Positions 39,623 through 50,609 are shown, counted from the first letter of the stretch. The stretch: 64,000 nucleotides of DNA from Gammaproteobacteria bacterium (GCA_965237805.1 OZ250153.1:672001-736000), one strand, 5' to 3'. Notes: generated by a model not told the origin, from the sequence alone. Numbers and translations: made by a program.

Positions 39623-40389
39623 CGCACCCGCTCCACCTGCGGTCGAAACAATAGCCGGAAACGACGGAAATATTGCTCAAACAGTGGTCGTGGCAGCTGC
39701 TGCAACAGTGCAAAGTTGCCGACACGGCGCACTGCGGCTCGCGCCGACGCGTCGAAGACCGCATCGCCACTGCTTCGGGTCACACTGACGGCGAGGACTT
39801 CGCCCGCGGGCGACAGGCGGATCAACAGCTCCAGCTCTATGCCAACAGCAACGCTCGGTGGGGGACGCCAGCTGCGCTCTATTGTGAGGGCGATGGCATC
39901 GCGGTAGGCGACGACTTCGGCCAGTTTGCCACTGGCACCGCCACCGAACTGCTTGCCATGCCGCTGCTGGCGCTCCTCGGCCAACAGCGCCTCGCGTAGC
40001 AAATCATTGCGGTAGCGAGGTGGCATGGACACCGCGGCCGCCGCGGCCGCTTCCTCCAGCGAAGGCGTGGTAGCGGGCGGGAGATCGCCCGGCGTGGTGC
40101 CGAGTTCCGGCAGGCTGGGAAGCGTTGGCAACGCCGCAAGTGGTGCCACCTCGGGCGACGGCACCGACAGGTTCGGGGCGGTGCCAGAGGTGGCGCTCGC
40201 ACCCACGCTGTCCGCTGTCTGTGGCAACAGTGGCAGGAGGCGGGCACTCAGCGGCAACGTGTCGCTGGGGCGCTGATCGTGCCAGAGCGACTGCCCCGAC
40301 CACGCCAGCGTAGCAAAGTAGATGATGACAAGATGCAGTGACAGCGATGTCACCAACGGCATAAAGGCATCCCGCAACCACAGCGCCAT
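39619..40389 (-). CDS. tolA: TolA-like protein
   Basis: N-terminal TM with SLSLH motif, Pro/Ala linker, C-domain WRPP..SSGDAVFD. Operon position. Confidence 0.85.
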   Translation of the reverse strand: MALWLRDAFMPLVTSLSLHLVIIYFATLAWSGQSLWHDQRPSDTLPLSARLLPLLPQTADSVGASATSGTAPNLSVPSPEVAPLAALPTLPSLPELGTTPGDLPPATTPSLEEAAAAAAVSMPPRYRNDLLREALLAEERQQRHGKQFGGGASGKLAEVVAYRDAIALTIERSWRPPPSVAVGIELELLIRLSPAGEVLAVSVTRSSGDAVFDASARAAVRRVGNFALLQQLPRPLFEQYFRRFRLLFRPQVERVR

Positions 40390-40398
40390 CGTGCGTCC

Positions 40399-40815
40399 TC
40401 AGCGATCCACCGGCGGATCGGTCACCAGCCCGACATCTTCAACTCCCGCCGTGCGCAAGGCCCCCATCAACTCCATCACCGCGCCGTAGGGCACCGCGAC
40501 ATCGCCGCGCACCAAAACCGGCAAGCTGGGGTTGCGCTCAAGCAGGATGGCGACCCGCCGCCCCAACTCCTCCAGCTCAGTCTCGGTGCCACCAGAGGCC
40601 CCCAAATCAAGCCGGTAGGAGCCATCCGCCAACACCCAGATCTGCAAGGGTTCGCGTTGGGCAAGCTCCAAGCGATCTGACTCGAGCTCCGGCAAGTCCA
40701 CAGCGATGCCCTGGGTGAGCAGTGGGGCGGCGATCATAAAAATCACCAGCAACACCAAGCTGACATCAATATAGGGAACGACATTGATTTCCGCCATCGG
40801 ACGGCGACGAATCAC
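40399..40815 (-). CDS. tolR: TolR
   Basis: EINVVPYIDVSLVLLVIFM, VRGD, VGLVT. Confidence 0.95.
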   Translation of the reverse strand: MIRRRPMAEINVVPYIDVSLVLLVIFMIAAPLLTQGIAVDLPELESDRLELAQREPLQIWVLADGSYRLDLGASGGTETELEELGRRVAILLERNPSLPVLVRGDVAVPYGAVMELMGALRTAGVEDVGLVTDPPVDR

Positions 40816-41570
40816 CGCTCCTGATCCTCTGCACTCGGTCGCGCCATCCCAGCTGCACTAGCCTCCCTGTCGGCAGTGGGCACGGCACTGTCATGTTGCG
40901 GTAGGACACCATGCAGACGGCGGTTGAGCAGGGAGGCAAATTCATCGCAGAAGGTGGAAAAATCCCGCGACAGCCGCTCTAAAAAGATGGCGTAGCGGTT
41001 GTAGGCGATCACCGCTGGAATCGCGGCGAACAAGCCCATGGCCGTTGCGATCAAGGCCTCGGCGATGCCGGGGGCCACCACGGCCAGTGAAGCCTGCTCG
41101 ACACCAGCCAAACCGCGAAAGGCATTCATGATGCCCCACACGGTGCCAAACAAACCGATATAGGGTGCCGTCGAGCCAACGGTGGCCAAGAACCCCAAAT
41201 GGGTATCCAAGCGATCTTCTTCGCGCACCCGCGCGATGCGCATCACCCGACTCACCCCCTCAAGTAGCGCTTCGTTGTCGCTGGTGACAGCGCTGGACAA
41301 CTGAGAGAATTCGCCAAAGCCAGCACGAAAAATAGCCTCCAGCCCGATCGAATGCGGTGGACAGTCCTGATACAACTTGCCCAAATCGATGCCTGACCAG
41401 AAATCATCCTCGAAATGGTGCGCCCCGAGGTTGATGGCACGGAACAATCTATGGCGCTGGAAAATGACCACCCACGAAGTGCAGGAGGCCAAAATCAAGA
41501 TTAGCATGACAGCCTGCACTGGCACAGTGGCATTGGCCACCAAATTCCAAAGAGACAGCTGCTCGCTCAT
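40812..41570 (-). CDS. tolQ: TolQ
   Basis: FEDDFWSGIDL, LATVGSTAPYIGLFGTVWGIM, APGIAEALIATA. Confidence 0.96.
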   Translation of the reverse strand: MSEQLSLWNLVANATVPVQAVMLILILASCTSWVVIFQRHRLFRAINLGAHHFEDDFWSGIDLGKLYQDCPPHSIGLEAIFRAGFGEFSQLSSAVTSDNEALLEGVSRVMRIARVREEDRLDTHLGFLATVGSTAPYIGLFGTVWGIMNAFRGLAGVEQASLAVVAPGIAEALIATAMGLFAAIPAVIAYNRYAIFLERLSRDFSTFCDEFASLLNRRLHGVLPQHDSAVPTADREASAAGMARPSAEDQER

Positions 41571-41638
41571 AGAAAACCCCATAACTGCGCTATAGAACAC
41601 ACTATCACTATAACTGAGTGCCGAGCCAACTGTCGCCC

Positions 41639-42048
41639 TCAACCCGTGGCGGACGCTCCCTGCCACGCAGAAATCGCGTCTCGCCAGGCCTCCGGCAGGC
41701 GACAAACCCGTAGCTGGCGATCCACCGAAGCCAATTCTACCCGCCCATCACAGAGCAACTCATCGCCGCGCAAAATGCCCTGCCACAGCGAGCTACGTGC
41801 CCCGCTCAGCTCCTCAAGGCAGAGACGAATTCGCAGCGAATCAGCCAATCGAGCAGGACGGCGGTAGCACAGCTGCAGCGGGCTCACCACGAAGGAGGAG
41901 GCGCTGGCACCGGACGCGAGCTGGCGCAACCCTTCGCTACGCGCACGCTCCATAAAGCGCAGCTAGCTGGCGTGATAGACGGCACCGCCAGCAGCGGTGT
42001 CCTCGAGCTAGACCCGCACAGCAATATGTAGCAATCGCCGCCGCTCAC
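41639..42048 (-). pseudogene. ybgC: YbgC acyl-CoA thioesterase pseudogene
   Basis: Hand translation VRV*LEDTAAGGAVYHAS*LRFMERAR against consensus [27 protein letters not shown]. TAG at 42008-42010 and 41963-41965. The likely GTG start (42048) is out of frame. Confidence 0.85.
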
Positions 42049-43106
42049 GAATCCCCCGCCAAGCCCAGATCAGTTTGCCGACCGCTAGCGGTCGGCGGCG
42101 GCTCGAGGCCCAGCAAGCGATAGGCGCGCGCCGCGGCGACGCGGCCGCGGGCGGTGCGCGCCAAAAATCCCTGCTGCATCAGGTAGGGCTCGACCACTTC
42201 CTCTAAGGTGTCGCGCTCCTCGCCCAACATCACCGCCAAACTCTCGACGCCGACCGGACCGCCACCGTAGTGGCCGATCAAGGCTTTCAACAAGCGCCGG
42301 TCGAGGCTATCCAAACCGTCACGATTCACTTTCAGCATATCCAGTGCCCGCACGGCAATGTCGGTGTCGATACGTCCCTCGCCCTCGACTTCGGCATAAT
42401 CGCGCACACGGCGTAGCAGCCGGTTGGCAATGCGCGGCGTGCCACGCGCCCGCGTGGCGATCTCCGTCAAGCCCTCAGCGAGGGCGTCTACTCCACACAG
42501 GCGTGCGGAGCGCTCGAGGATGATGGCCAAATCGTCGACGGCATAGAACTCGAGTCGTTGGGAGATGCCAAAGCGATCACGCAACGGGGCGCCGAGCCGA
42601 CCGGCTCGGGTGGTGGCACCGACCAAGGTGAAAGGTGGCAGCTCGAGCTTGACTGAGCGCGCCGCTGGCCCCTCACCGATCACGATATCCAGCTGCCTAT
42701 CTTCCATGGCCGGATAGAGAATTTCCTCGATCTGTGGCCGCAGGCGATGGATCTCGTCGATGAATAGCACATCGCCCGCCGCCAGATTGGTCAGGATCGC
42801 CGCCAAATCACCTGCTCGTTCCAACACTGGCCCGGAAGTTGTCCGGATCTGCGCACCCATTTCATGGGCGATGATGTAGCCCAAAGTCGTCTTACCCAAG
42901 CCGGGGGGGCCAAACAACAGCGTATGATCCAACGGCTCACCACGCTGCTGCGCCGCCTGCAAGAAAATCTCCAGCTGGCGGCGCAACACTGGCTGCCCGA
43001 TGTAATCGTCCAAACGGTACGGTCGCAGCTGCTGGTCAAAAGCCCGCCCTTCAGGCTCTGGCAATGGCGAGACGAGGCGCTCATCGCCCGCTGGCTGCTC
43101 TGCCAT
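42045..43106 (-). CDS. ruvB: Holliday junction helicase RuvB
   Basis: [38 protein letters not shown]. Confidence 0.98.
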   Translation of the reverse strand: MAEQPAGDERLVSPLPEPEGRAFDQQLRPYRLDDYIGQPVLRRQLEIFLQAAQQRGEPLDHTLLFGPPGLGKTTLGYIIAHEMGAQIRTTSGPVLERAGDLAAILTNLAAGDVLFIDEIHRLRPQIEEILYPAMEDRQLDIVIGEGPAARSVKLELPPFTLVGATTRAGRLGAPLRDRFGISQRLEFYAVDDLAIILERSARLCGVDALAEGLTEIATRARGTPRIANRLLRRVRDYAEVEGEGRIDTDIAVRALDMLKVNRDGLDSLDRRLLKALIGHYGGGPVGVESLAVMLGEERDTLEEVVEPYLMQQGFLARTARGRVAAARAYRLLGLEPPPTASGRQTDLGLAGDS

Positions 43107-43705
43107 CAGATGGCGCTCTGCCGCCGCAGCGCCTCTCGGATCAGCGCTTCACTGCTAGCGGTATCGGCCGTACGCCGCGCCTCAGCAACCATGCGAGCTG
43201 ACTCGCGCACCCCGTAGCCCAAAACCACTAGCGCCTGCTCGGCGTCGCGTACCGCTTGGCCACTGGCCACCGATGCGCTGGGCGGCGCGCTCACCCATAA
43301 CGCCAGCTTATCCCGCACTTCGACCACCAGCCGCTCGGCGGTGCGCTTGCCGATACCGCGCACAGCGGCGAGCTGCACCACATCGCCATCGCGAACACAG
43401 CGCACCAATTCTGCCACCGTCATACCAGACAGCGCAGCCAGCGCCAAACCGGGACCGACGCCAGCAACCCGGATCAGAATACGAAACAGATCGCGCTCGG
43501 CCAGCTCGCCAAAACCGTACAGCTGCCAGTCGTCGGCGCGTACCACCAAATGGGTATGCAGACGCAGCTCCTCACCGAGCGGCGGCAGACGCATGCTCAG
43601 ACTGGTGGGAACCCGCAGCTCCACGCTCACCCCTCCGGCCACTTCCAAAGCGAGCACGCCATCCACCGGCGCTCGCGACAAGCAGCCACGCAACTCGCCG
43701 ATCAC
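43106..43705 (-). CDS. ruvA: Holliday junction protein RuvA
   Basis: VIGELRG, QLYGF, HhH motifs GVGP and [16 protein letters not shown]. Confidence 0.94.
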   Translation of the reverse strand: MIGELRGCLSRAPVDGVLALEVAGGVSVELRVPTSLSMRLPPLGEELRLHTHLVVRADDWQLYGFGELAERDLFRILIRVAGVGPGLALAALSGMTVAELVRCVRDGDVVQLAAVRGIGKRTAERLVVEVRDKLALWVSAPPSASVASGQAVRDAEQALVVLGYGVRESARMVAEARRTADTASSEALIREALRRQSAI

Positions 43706-44208
43706 AGTGCCACCCGCCGCACTGCCACCGGATTGCGATAGCTGTGGCACAGCGCCACCGCCAGTGCGTCGGCGGCATCCTCGGGCGGCACGGAAGACAG
43801 CCGCAACAATTGACAAACCATGTACTGCACTTGCCCTTTGTCGGCGCGCCCACTCGAAGTCACTGCCTTCTTCACCATCGCTGGCGCATACTCGGCAACT
43901 GTGAGGCCAGCCTCGGCCGCCGCCAACAAGACCACACCGCGCGTTTGGCCGAGTGTGATGGCAGTGGCGGGATTGCGCGACACGAAGACTCCCTCCACGG
44001 CCATCACACTCGGTGCGACACGCTCAATCACGGCGGACAAAGCGCGGTAAATCGTGGACAGACGGCAAGCCGTATCCGCGTTGGCTGGCGGACGGATACA
44101 GCCCCAGTCATAGCAGCGCTCGCGGCCAGCGACGCAGTGTAGGACCCCGTAGCCCGTGCTGCGGCTACCGACATCGATACCGAGGATGATCTGATCGGGC
44201 TCCGCCAC
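43702..44208 (-). CDS. ruvC: Crossover junction endodeoxyribonuclease RuvC
   Basis: ILGIDVGS..GYG, AVE, VKKAV..GRADK, DAADALAVALCH. Start estimated. Confidence 0.94.
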   Translation of the reverse strand: MAEPDQIILGIDVGSRSTGYGVLHCVAGRERCYDWGCIRPPANADTACRLSTIYRALSAVIERVAPSVMAVEGVFVSRNPATAITLGQTRGVVLLAAAEAGLTVAEYAPAMVKKAVTSSGRADKGQVQYMVCQLLRLSSVPPEDAADALAVALCHSYRNPVAVRRVAL

Positions 44209-44218
44209 CGGCTCGGGC

Positions 44219-44971
44219 TCAGCCAGTCTCGAAGGAGGTGTCGGGGAAGGAGGCATTGCAGTAGAGATTTTGGGCATCGTCCAAAGTTTCCAATGCCTCC
44301 AGCAAGCGCAGGCCAGCAGCTGCGTGGCCAGCATCCATCGGCACTACCGTGTGCGGTAGGCGGGTCAAACCGCCGCGCAGGGGAATCATGCCAGCGTCGC
44401 CGAGCACATCCGATATCGCATTGTAGGCCGCCACTGGTGTCAGCACCTGCCAGCATCCCTCTTCGCCATCGGCGCGGAGCCGCTCCACCTCCTCGGCACC
44501 GGCGGCAACCGCCACATCGATCAGCTGCTCCTCATCGATAGAGGATGCGAGCACGAATTCGCCACAGTGGCGAAACAGATGTGCCACCGCTCCATTTTCA
44601 GAGAGATTGCCACCAGCACGGCTAAAGGCATGGCGCACGGCGGCGGCAGTGCGGTTGCGGTTGTCGGTCAGCGTCTCGACCAGCACCGCCATCCCACCGG
44701 GACCATAGCCCTCGTAGACAATCTCATCCAGTCGCTCTGCTGTGCCGACACCGCTGCCCCGCGCCACCGAGCGTACGATGTTATCGCGGCTGACATTGGC
44801 CTGCTGCGCACGCTCGATGGCTGAACGCAAGCGCGGATTAGCTGCCGGGTCGGCCTCGCTACCAGCTGCCACGACAATTTCACGCAATAGCCGCGTGAAC
44901 AGTTTGCCCCGGCGCGCATCCTGTGAGGCCTTGCGGACACGGATGTTGGCCCACTTGCTGTGTCCCGCCAC
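44219..44971 (-). CDS. YebC/PmpR family protein
   Basis: MAGHSKWANI, YEGYGPGG, TDNRNRT. Confidence 0.96.
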   Translation of the reverse strand: MAGHSKWANIRVRKASQDARRGKLFTRLLREIVVAAGSEADPAANPRLRSAIERAQQANVSRDNIVRSVARGSGVGTAERLDEIVYEGYGPGGMAVLVETLTDNRNRTAAAVRHAFSRAGGNLSENGAVAHLFRHCGEFVLASSIDEEQLIDVAVAAGAEEVERLRADGEEGCWQVLTPVAAYNAISDVLGDAGMIPLRGGLTRLPHTVVPMDAGHAAAGLRLLEALETLDDAQNLYCNASFPDTSFETG

Positions 44972-44998
44972 CGCCGTGCCTCCCAGACCAACGCCACA

Positions 44999-46777
44999 CT
45001 AGGCGAGCGGTTTGAGCCCCAATGCCGCCCACTGCTCAGCGCTTGCAGGGCCGGGGGCTCCGGTCATCAGGCACTGACCGTTCTGCGTCTTGGGAAAAGC
45101 GATGACATCGCGAATCGAGTCGCCGCCAGAGAGCAACATCGCCATACGATCCAAGCCAAAGGCGAAACCTCCGTGCGGCGGGCAGCCATGCGTCAGCGCT
45201 CGGAGTAAGAAGCCGAAGCGCGTCTCGAGCTCGGCATCGTCTAGGCCCAACACCGAAAACACCGCCCGTTGCGTCTCCGGGCTGTGGATGCGGATCGACC
45301 CGCCGCCGAGTTCGATGCCGTTCAACACCAAGTCATAAGAGCGGGAACCCGCTGCGCCAGGTGTTGCGCGCAGAGCCTCAGCGGAGCAGTCCGGCGCGGT
45401 GAATGGGTGATGCAAGGAAGTCCATCGACCTTCGGCATCGCGCTCAAACAGTGGAAACTCCACCACCCACAGCGGTGCCCATGGCACCGTCATCAGCTGC
45501 CGATCGACAGCGAGGCGATTGCGCAGAGCTCCGAGGGATCGATTGACCATATCGCATTCGCCAGCGCCGAAGAACAGGATATCGCCGCTCTCGGCACCGA
45601 GCTGCTCAAGAATGCCAGACAGCGCACGCTCAGATAGAAATTTGAGAATCGGCGACTGCAAACCCTCGGTGCCAGCCGCCAGATCATTGACTTTGATCCA
45701 CGCCAAGCCACCGGCACCGAACTCGCCGACAAACTTGGTATAGCCGTCGATCTCGCGCCGACTCAGCGCACCACCTCCCGGCAGTCGCAGCCCCGCCACC
45801 CGACAATCATCTGCCTCGGCAGGAGCACGAAAGATCTCGAAGGCTTCCCCGCGCATCAACTCGGCGAGCTCAACCAATTGCAGCGAATGCCGCAGATCCG
45901 GCTTGTCGCTGCCATAGCGCGCCAGCACCTCGGCGTAGCTCAAGCGCGCAAAAGGCGGCAGCTCGAGTTCCAATAACTCGGCGAACAGATGGCGCATCAA
46001 TGCTTCGACCAATGTCATCAGCTCGGCCTCATCGACAAAAGAGGCTTCGATGTCGATCTGGGTGAATTCCGGCTGACGGTCGGAGCGCAGATCCTCATCC
46101 CGGAAACAGCGGGCAAACTGGTAATAGCGATCCAAACCGCCGATCATCAGCAGCTGCTTGAACAGCTGTGGCGACTGGGCCAAGGCGTAGGTGTTGCCCG
46201 CCTGCAGGCGGCTCGGAGCCAAATAGTCGCGTGCACCCTCCGGAGTCGAACTGGTCAGCACAGGGGTCTCGACCTCAAGCAAGCCTTGCTCTTCCAAAAA
46301 ACCCCGCGCCACCGAACTCAGGCGGGAGCGCAGCCGCAAGTGCTGTTGCAGAGCCGGGCGGCGCAAATCCACGTGGCGGTGGCGCAGGCGCACCTCCTCG
46401 CCGACTTGAATATGGCCGTCGAGCTGGAATGGTAGCGGCTCGGCCTCGTTCAAAATCTCCAACGTTTGACCGTGCACTTCGATGGCACCGGTGGGCAGAG
46501 AGGGATTGCACAAGGCGTCCTCACGGGCACGCACCACTCCGCACAGGCGCAACACGTACTCTGGGCGCACGGTCTCGGCGCGCTGGAAATGCGCTTCGAC
46601 ACTGGGGTCGAACACCACCTGCACCAAGCCTTCCCGATCGCGCAGGTCGATGAAAATGACACCGCCGTGGTCGCGACGACGGTCGGCCCAGCCGCAAAGC
46701 GTCACCTCAGTGCCGATATCAGCTGCCCGCAACGCCCCGCAGTAGTGGCTGCGCATGGAGGTGGCGGCGGGTGACAT
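44999..46777 (-). CDS. aspS: Aspartate-tRNA ligase
   Basis: RRRDHGGVIFIDLRD, PEGARDY, QSPQLFKQ, FRDEDLR, HHPFT, PPHGG. The DHG motif suggests the non-discriminating type. Confidence 0.98.
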   Translation of the reverse strand: MSPAATSMRSHYCGALRAADIGTEVTLCGWADRRRDHGGVIFIDLRDREGLVQVVFDPSVEAHFQRAETVRPEYVLRLCGVVRAREDALCNPSLPTGAIEVHGQTLEILNEAEPLPFQLDGHIQVGEEVRLRHRHVDLRRPALQQHLRLRSRLSSVARGFLEEQGLLEVETPVLTSSTPEGARDYLAPSRLQAGNTYALAQSPQLFKQLLMIGGLDRYYQFARCFRDEDLRSDRQPEFTQIDIEASFVDEAELMTLVEALMRHLFAELLELELPPFARLSYAEVLARYGSDKPDLRHSLQLVELAELMRGEAFEIFRAPAEADDCRVAGLRLPGGGALSRREIDGYTKFVGEFGAGGLAWIKVNDLAAGTEGLQSPILKFLSERALSGILEQLGAESGDILFFGAGECDMVNRSLGALRNRLAVDRQLMTVPWAPLWVVEFPLFERDAEGRWTSLHHPFTAPDCSAEALRATPGAAGSRSYDLVLNGIELGGGSIRIHSPETQRAVFSVLGLDDAELETRFGFLLRALTHGCPPHGGFAFGLDRMAMLLSGGDSIRDVIAFPKTQNGQCLMTGAPGPASAEQWAALGLKPLA

Positions 46778-46858
46778 CAGCTCAGCTTAGGGGTCGATGT
46801 GCGGTGGTGTTGCACCCAACCGAGGGGGAGGGCCGTCGCAGTGGCAGACAAGGCAACA

Positions 46859-47275
46859 TCAGCTCTCGGTACCAGCTGTCGGCGATGGTGTGGAGCCCAC
46901 TTTGGCCTCGCTGGCGGGTGCCTTCTTGTCCTCTCCCTTCAGTGGGGAGGTAGTGCCACTGTCGCCACCACTGGTATCCGCCGCCTTTTGCTGCTTGGCC
47001 GTATCCTGGGTCGTGTCCTTAGCCATATCTTTGACCGTATCTTTGGCAGCGCTATCAGTCTCGTCGCTACGCTCCACATCGCTTTTGGCAGCTGTCTTGA
47101 AATCCGTCTCGTACCAGCCGCTACCACGCAGCTGGAAAGCGGCCGATGTCACTTGCTTGCGCAAGGTGCTGGTAGCACCACAAAGGTCGCAGGTAGCGGG
47201 AGCCACCGCCCCCATCGGCTGTAAAAACTCGGATGCCTCGCCACAGGCAGAACAACTGTAAACGTAGATTGGCAT
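46859..47275 (-). CDS. FmdB-family zinc-ribbon protein
   Basis: MPIYVYSCSAC..CDLC..FQLRGSGWYETDFK followed by a low-complexity tail. Confidence 0.92.
   Translation of the reverse strand: MPIYVYSCSACGEASEFLQPMGAVAPATCDLCGATSTLRKQVTSAAFQLRGSGWYETDFKTAAKSDVERSDETDSAAKDTVKDMAKDTTQDTAKQQKAADTSGGDSGTTSPLKGEDKKAPASEAKVGSTPSPTAGTES
46995..47048. repeat. Imperfect 12-nt tandem repeat (about 4.5 units) in the FmdB tail
   Basis: ttggccgtatcc / tgggtcgtgtcc / ttagccatatct / ttgaccgtatct / ttggca, encoding AKDT-VKDM-AKDT-TQDT-AK. Confidence 0.7.
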
Positions 47276-47414
47276 AGTCTTGCAGGCAGAGGATTCATAC
47301 TGCCAATTTCCGCCAAGAGCGGCACCTAGCCCCGCAACAAGCACGGGCTAGCGGATCTGGCAGTAACCGCGCAACGCGACACCACCGCTGCGCAGCCAAT
47401 CAATTTAGCTGTAT

Positions 47415-47819
47415 TTATTTGGTGACGGCGTACTCTTTGAGTCTTTTCAACGCCCGCAGTCTCACTGTGCGGGTGGCTGGCTTCGCTTTGAAGATCGTCG
47501 GCTCGCCAGTGAAAGGATTGGTACCCTTGCGAGCCTTGGTCGCTTTCTTCTTGACTGTCACAGCCTTGAACAGGCCCGGCCAGACAAACTCACCGACGCT
47601 TCCTGACTTGAGGCTACGGGCGAGCACCACTTCCAACTCCTCGAGCACCAAGGCCACCTGCTTGCGCGGCAATGCTGTCTGAGCGGCGAGCTCGTTGAGC
47701 AACTGCGCCTTGCTGAGACGGGCACGCAATGAGACCAATTTGCGCACTGGCTTTGCTTTGGCTGAGGCTTTGCGGGGCTTCTTAGCTGCAGCAGCACTTT
47801 TTTTCTTGGTGGTGGCCAT
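47415..47819 (-). CDS. HU-family DNA-binding protein with Lys/Ala-rich N-terminal tail
   Basis: SKAQLL, PGLFK, ARKGTNPFTGE, FKAKPA. Confidence 0.9.
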   Translation of the reverse strand: MATTKKKSAAAAKKPRKASAKAKPVRKLVSLRARLSKAQLLNELAAQTALPRKQVALVLEELEVVLARSLKSGSVGEFVWPGLFKAVTVKKKATKARKGTNPFTGEPTIFKAKPATRTVRLRALKRLKEYAVTK

Positions 47820-47982
47820 GGTGACTATCTTCCTCTAGTTCTGGTCATTGAATTAAGACTAGTGGCGGAACTGGCGACGACCGGTCACGCGAGACCGCAC
47901 CACTAGCACACCCCAAGGCATAAGCGCATTTTAGAAACAAACTCAAAAAAAGCAAGCGCGGCACATGACTGGCAACAGCGGG

Positions 47983-48429
47983 CTAGCTCTGTACACTAGC
48001 ATCACCAACGACGACTGCAGCATCATCCGGCTCCAGCTGCGCCGCGTCGGCGCGCTGCGATTGGTAGCCGGGGCGGTCGACCAATTCCACGCTGGCCATC
48101 TGAGCCTTATCACCAGCACGCAAGCCAGCTCGCAACACCCGCAAATAACCGCCGGGCCGATCGCTGTACCGCGCCCCCAACTCGTCGAACAATTTGCCAA
48201 CCGCCACTCGGTCACGCAAAAAAGCGGCGGCACGGCGGCGGGCAGCCACCGTGCCGCCGCGCCGCGCCAAGCTGATCAAGGGCTCGGCGTAGCGCCGCAA
48301 TTCCCGCGCCTTGGGCAAGGTGGTATGAATCAGCTCGTGGCGAAACAACGACGCCGCCATGTTGCGAAACATCGCGCGCCGATGGCTGGGGGTGCGGTTG
48401 AACTTGCGTCCCTGATCCCGATGTCGCAT
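47983..48429 (-). CDS. rplQ: 50S ribosomal protein L17
   Basis: [30 protein letters not shown]-terminal extension. Confidence 0.97.
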   Translation of the reverse strand: MRHRDQGRKFNRTPSHRRAMFRNMAASLFRHELIHTTLPKARELRRYAEPLISLARRGGTVAARRRAAAFLRDRVAVGKLFDELGARYSDRPGGYLRVLRAGLRAGDKAQMASVELVDRPGYQSQRADAAQLEPDDAAVVVGDASVQS

Positions 48430-48458
48430 CGTCTGATCCTGCTCTCGCCGCTGAGACC

Positions 48459-49508
48459 TTAGTGTTGCGGAACAGGCGGCGGCCACTGTACCGGCTGTTC
48501 GAGCATGTAACCCTCCAACGCCAAGGCCGCCTTGATTTCTTCCAAGGACTTTTTGCCGATGTTCGGCGTCTTCAGCAAAACGCGCTCGCTACGGCTCACC
48601 AAATCGCCAATTCGGGTCACCCCGACTTCGCGCAAGAAACCACAGGTGCGGGCAGACAGATCCAACTCAGTCACCGGGCGCAGCAAGTTGGGGTCGATAT
48701 CATCGAAAGATCCGTCCCGGCGGTAATCACTGCCGAGCAAGGGTTCAAACTGGGCGTAGAGGGTATGTGCCGCCTGACGCAGTGCTTCATCCGGCGTGAC
48801 AGTGCCATCGGTCTCCAGCTCAATTTGTAATTTGTCGAAATCAGTGTGACCTTCGACGCGTGCGCCCTGCACCGTATAAGCGACGCGACGCACCGGACTA
48901 AAAGAGGCATCCAAAGACAGGCGCCCTATGGGTGAGGCCTCACGACGCTCGATCAGCGCTTCCTCATCGACCCCTTCCACTGCCAACCAAGCTTGGTCGC
49001 CGGGGACATAGCCGCGCCCGCGACGCGCCACCAGCACCGCCTGCAACTCCACCGCCGCATCCAAGTGGGCGATGATGTGATCAGGGTTGGCGAGCTCAAC
49101 ATCGTGACTAAGACGGATGTCGCTAGCACGCACCTCACCTGGCCCCTTGACCTTGAGTTCCAATTCCACCTCTTCGCGCCCCGGCATGGAAAGGGCGACT
49201 TGCTTGAGGTTCATCAAGATGTCGATGACATCTTCGCGTACCCCTTGGAGTGTGCTGTACTCATGCAATGCACCGGTAATGGTCGCCTCGGTGATCGCCG
49301 CACCTTGAATGGAGGACAGTAGCACCCGCCGCAACGCATTGCCCAGCGTGTGCCCAAAGCCGCGCTCCAACGGCTCCAGCGTGATACTGGCACGATGTTC
49401 CCCCAGCCGCTCAATGCTGACATCCCCAGCGCTCAGGGGGGACAGGTCCAGCTTGACAGAGTGGGGGGTATCGCTGTTATCTGTGGGCATGGTGTTATCC
49501 GTAGGCAT
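48459..49508 (-). CDS. rpoA: RNA polymerase alpha subunit
   Basis: [41 protein letters not shown]. Start is 49508, 49490 or 49559. Confidence 0.98.
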   Translation of the reverse strand: MPTDNTMPTDNSDTPHSVKLDLSPLSAGDVSIERLGEHRASITLEPLERGFGHTLGNALRRVLLSSIQGAAITEATITGALHEYSTLQGVREDVIDILMNLKQVALSMPGREEVELELKVKGPGEVRASDIRLSHDVELANPDHIIAHLDAAVELQAVLVARRGRGYVPGDQAWLAVEGVDEEALIERREASPIGRLSLDASFSPVRRVAYTVQGARVEGHTDFDKLQIELETDGTVTPDEALRQAAHTLYAQFEPLLGSDYRRDGSFDDIDPNLLRPVTELDLSARTCGFLREVGVTRIGDLVSRSERVLLKTPNIGKKSLEEIKAALALEGYMLEQPVQWPPPVPQH

Positions 49509-49510
49509 GG
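49475..49510. repeat. 18-nt tandem duplication at the rpoA start (MPTDN x2)
   Basis: tgttatctgtgggcatgg / tgttatccgtaggcatgg, 16/18 identical. Confidence 0.85.
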
Positions 49511-49563
49511 CGGGGTTCTCTAATATCTGCCGAGTCAATAACTCGGTTTGGCGGTCCATCCAA

Positions 49564-50193
49564 TCACTTGGAATACAGCTCGACGATCAAACTTTCGTTG
49601 ATCCAGCCAGGCATTTCGTCTCGATCCGGGTGGCGGCGATAGACCCCTGAACGGTTGGGGGCATCGATGTCGATCCACGGTGCAAACACGCGTTGGCTGG
49701 CCAGCATTAGCGCCGTTTCCAAGCGACCCTGAGCACGGGCGCGCTCAGCCACCGTCACCACATCACCCGGCACCAACTGATAGGAGGGGATATTCACCCG
49801 CCGACCATTGACCTCGATTGCGCGGTGCGAGACCAATTGCCTCGCCTCGGCACGCGTAGCGGCAAAACCCAAGCGATAGACCACATTGTCCAAACGCTGC
49901 TCGAGCATGCGCAATAGGTTGGATCCAGTGGCACCAGTGGCACGCGCCGCCTTGCGGTAGTAATTGCGGAACTGGCGTTCCAAAACGCCATACATGCGCC
50001 GCACTTTTTGCTTTTCGCGCAACTGCACACGGTAGTCACTGGGACGCAGGCGGCGATCGCCATGCATACCCGGCGGTGTTTCAGCCTTCTTCTCGCCACA
50101 TTTGTCTTTGAGCGAGCGCATGCCACTCTTCAACTGTAGATCTTGCCCCTCGCGCCGGGACAAACGGCAAGTGGGTCCACGATATCTAGCCAT
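49564..50193 (-). CDS. rpsD: 30S ribosomal protein S4
   Basis: [31 protein letters not shown]. Confidence 0.98.
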   Translation of the reverse strand: MARYRGPTCRLSRREGQDLQLKSGMRSLKDKCGEKKAETPPGMHGDRRLRPSDYRVQLREKQKVRRMYGVLERQFRNYYRKAARATGATGSNLLRMLEQRLDNVVYRLGFAATRAEARQLVSHRAIEVNGRRVNIPSYQLVPGDVVTVAERARAQGRLETALMLASQRVFAPWIDIDAPNRSGVYRRHPDRDEMPGWINESLIVELYSK

Positions 50194-50216
50194 TGCTCTG
50201 CACCTTCAGCCAGCGC

Positions 50217-50609
50217 TCAGGGACGGCGCCGTTTGCGGGGACGACAACCGTTGTGCGGAAAAGTGGTGACATCGGCGATGCGCGAGATGGTGAAGCCGAC
50301 ATTGCTCAGCGAGCGAACCGCCGATTCTCGACCCGGACCTGGCCCGCGCACCCGCACCTCCAAGCCCTGAACCCCCCACTCTTGTGCCGCACGCCCGGCG
50401 CGCTCGGCTGCCACCTGAGCGGCGAACGGTGTGCTCTTGCGCGAACCGCGAAAACCGGCACCACCAGCCGTAGCCCAAGAAAGTGTGTTGCCTTGCAGGT
50501 CGGTGATGGTCACCACCGTATTGTTGAAAGTGGCGTAGATATGAGCAATACCCTCTGTAACCGAACGCGGTTTGCGCACTCTGGACGAAGTTTTGCTTTT
50601 GACTGGCAT
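50217..50609 (-). CDS. rpsK: 30S ribosomal protein S11
   Basis: [27 protein letters not shown]. Confidence 0.98.
   Translation of the reverse strand: MPVKSKTSSRVRKPRSVTEGIAHIYATFNNTVVTITDLQGNTLSWATAGGAGFRGSRKSTPFAAQVAAERAGRAAQEWGVQGLEVRVRGPGPGRESAVRSLSNVGFTISRIADVTTFPHNGCRPRKRRRP

Noticed and set aside
41960-42012. Possible TAG-to-Tyr recoding suggested by two TAGs at Tyr positions in ybgC
   Set aside because: TAG terminates many intact genes here at the expected ends (anmK, uvrA, fabV, aspS, rpmJ), and ybgC has other lesions.
47859-47906. Imperfect inverted repeat (ctagtgg...ccactag) upstream of the HU-like gene
   Set aside because: Short stem with no recognisable RNA family or terminator U-tract, so support is insufficient.
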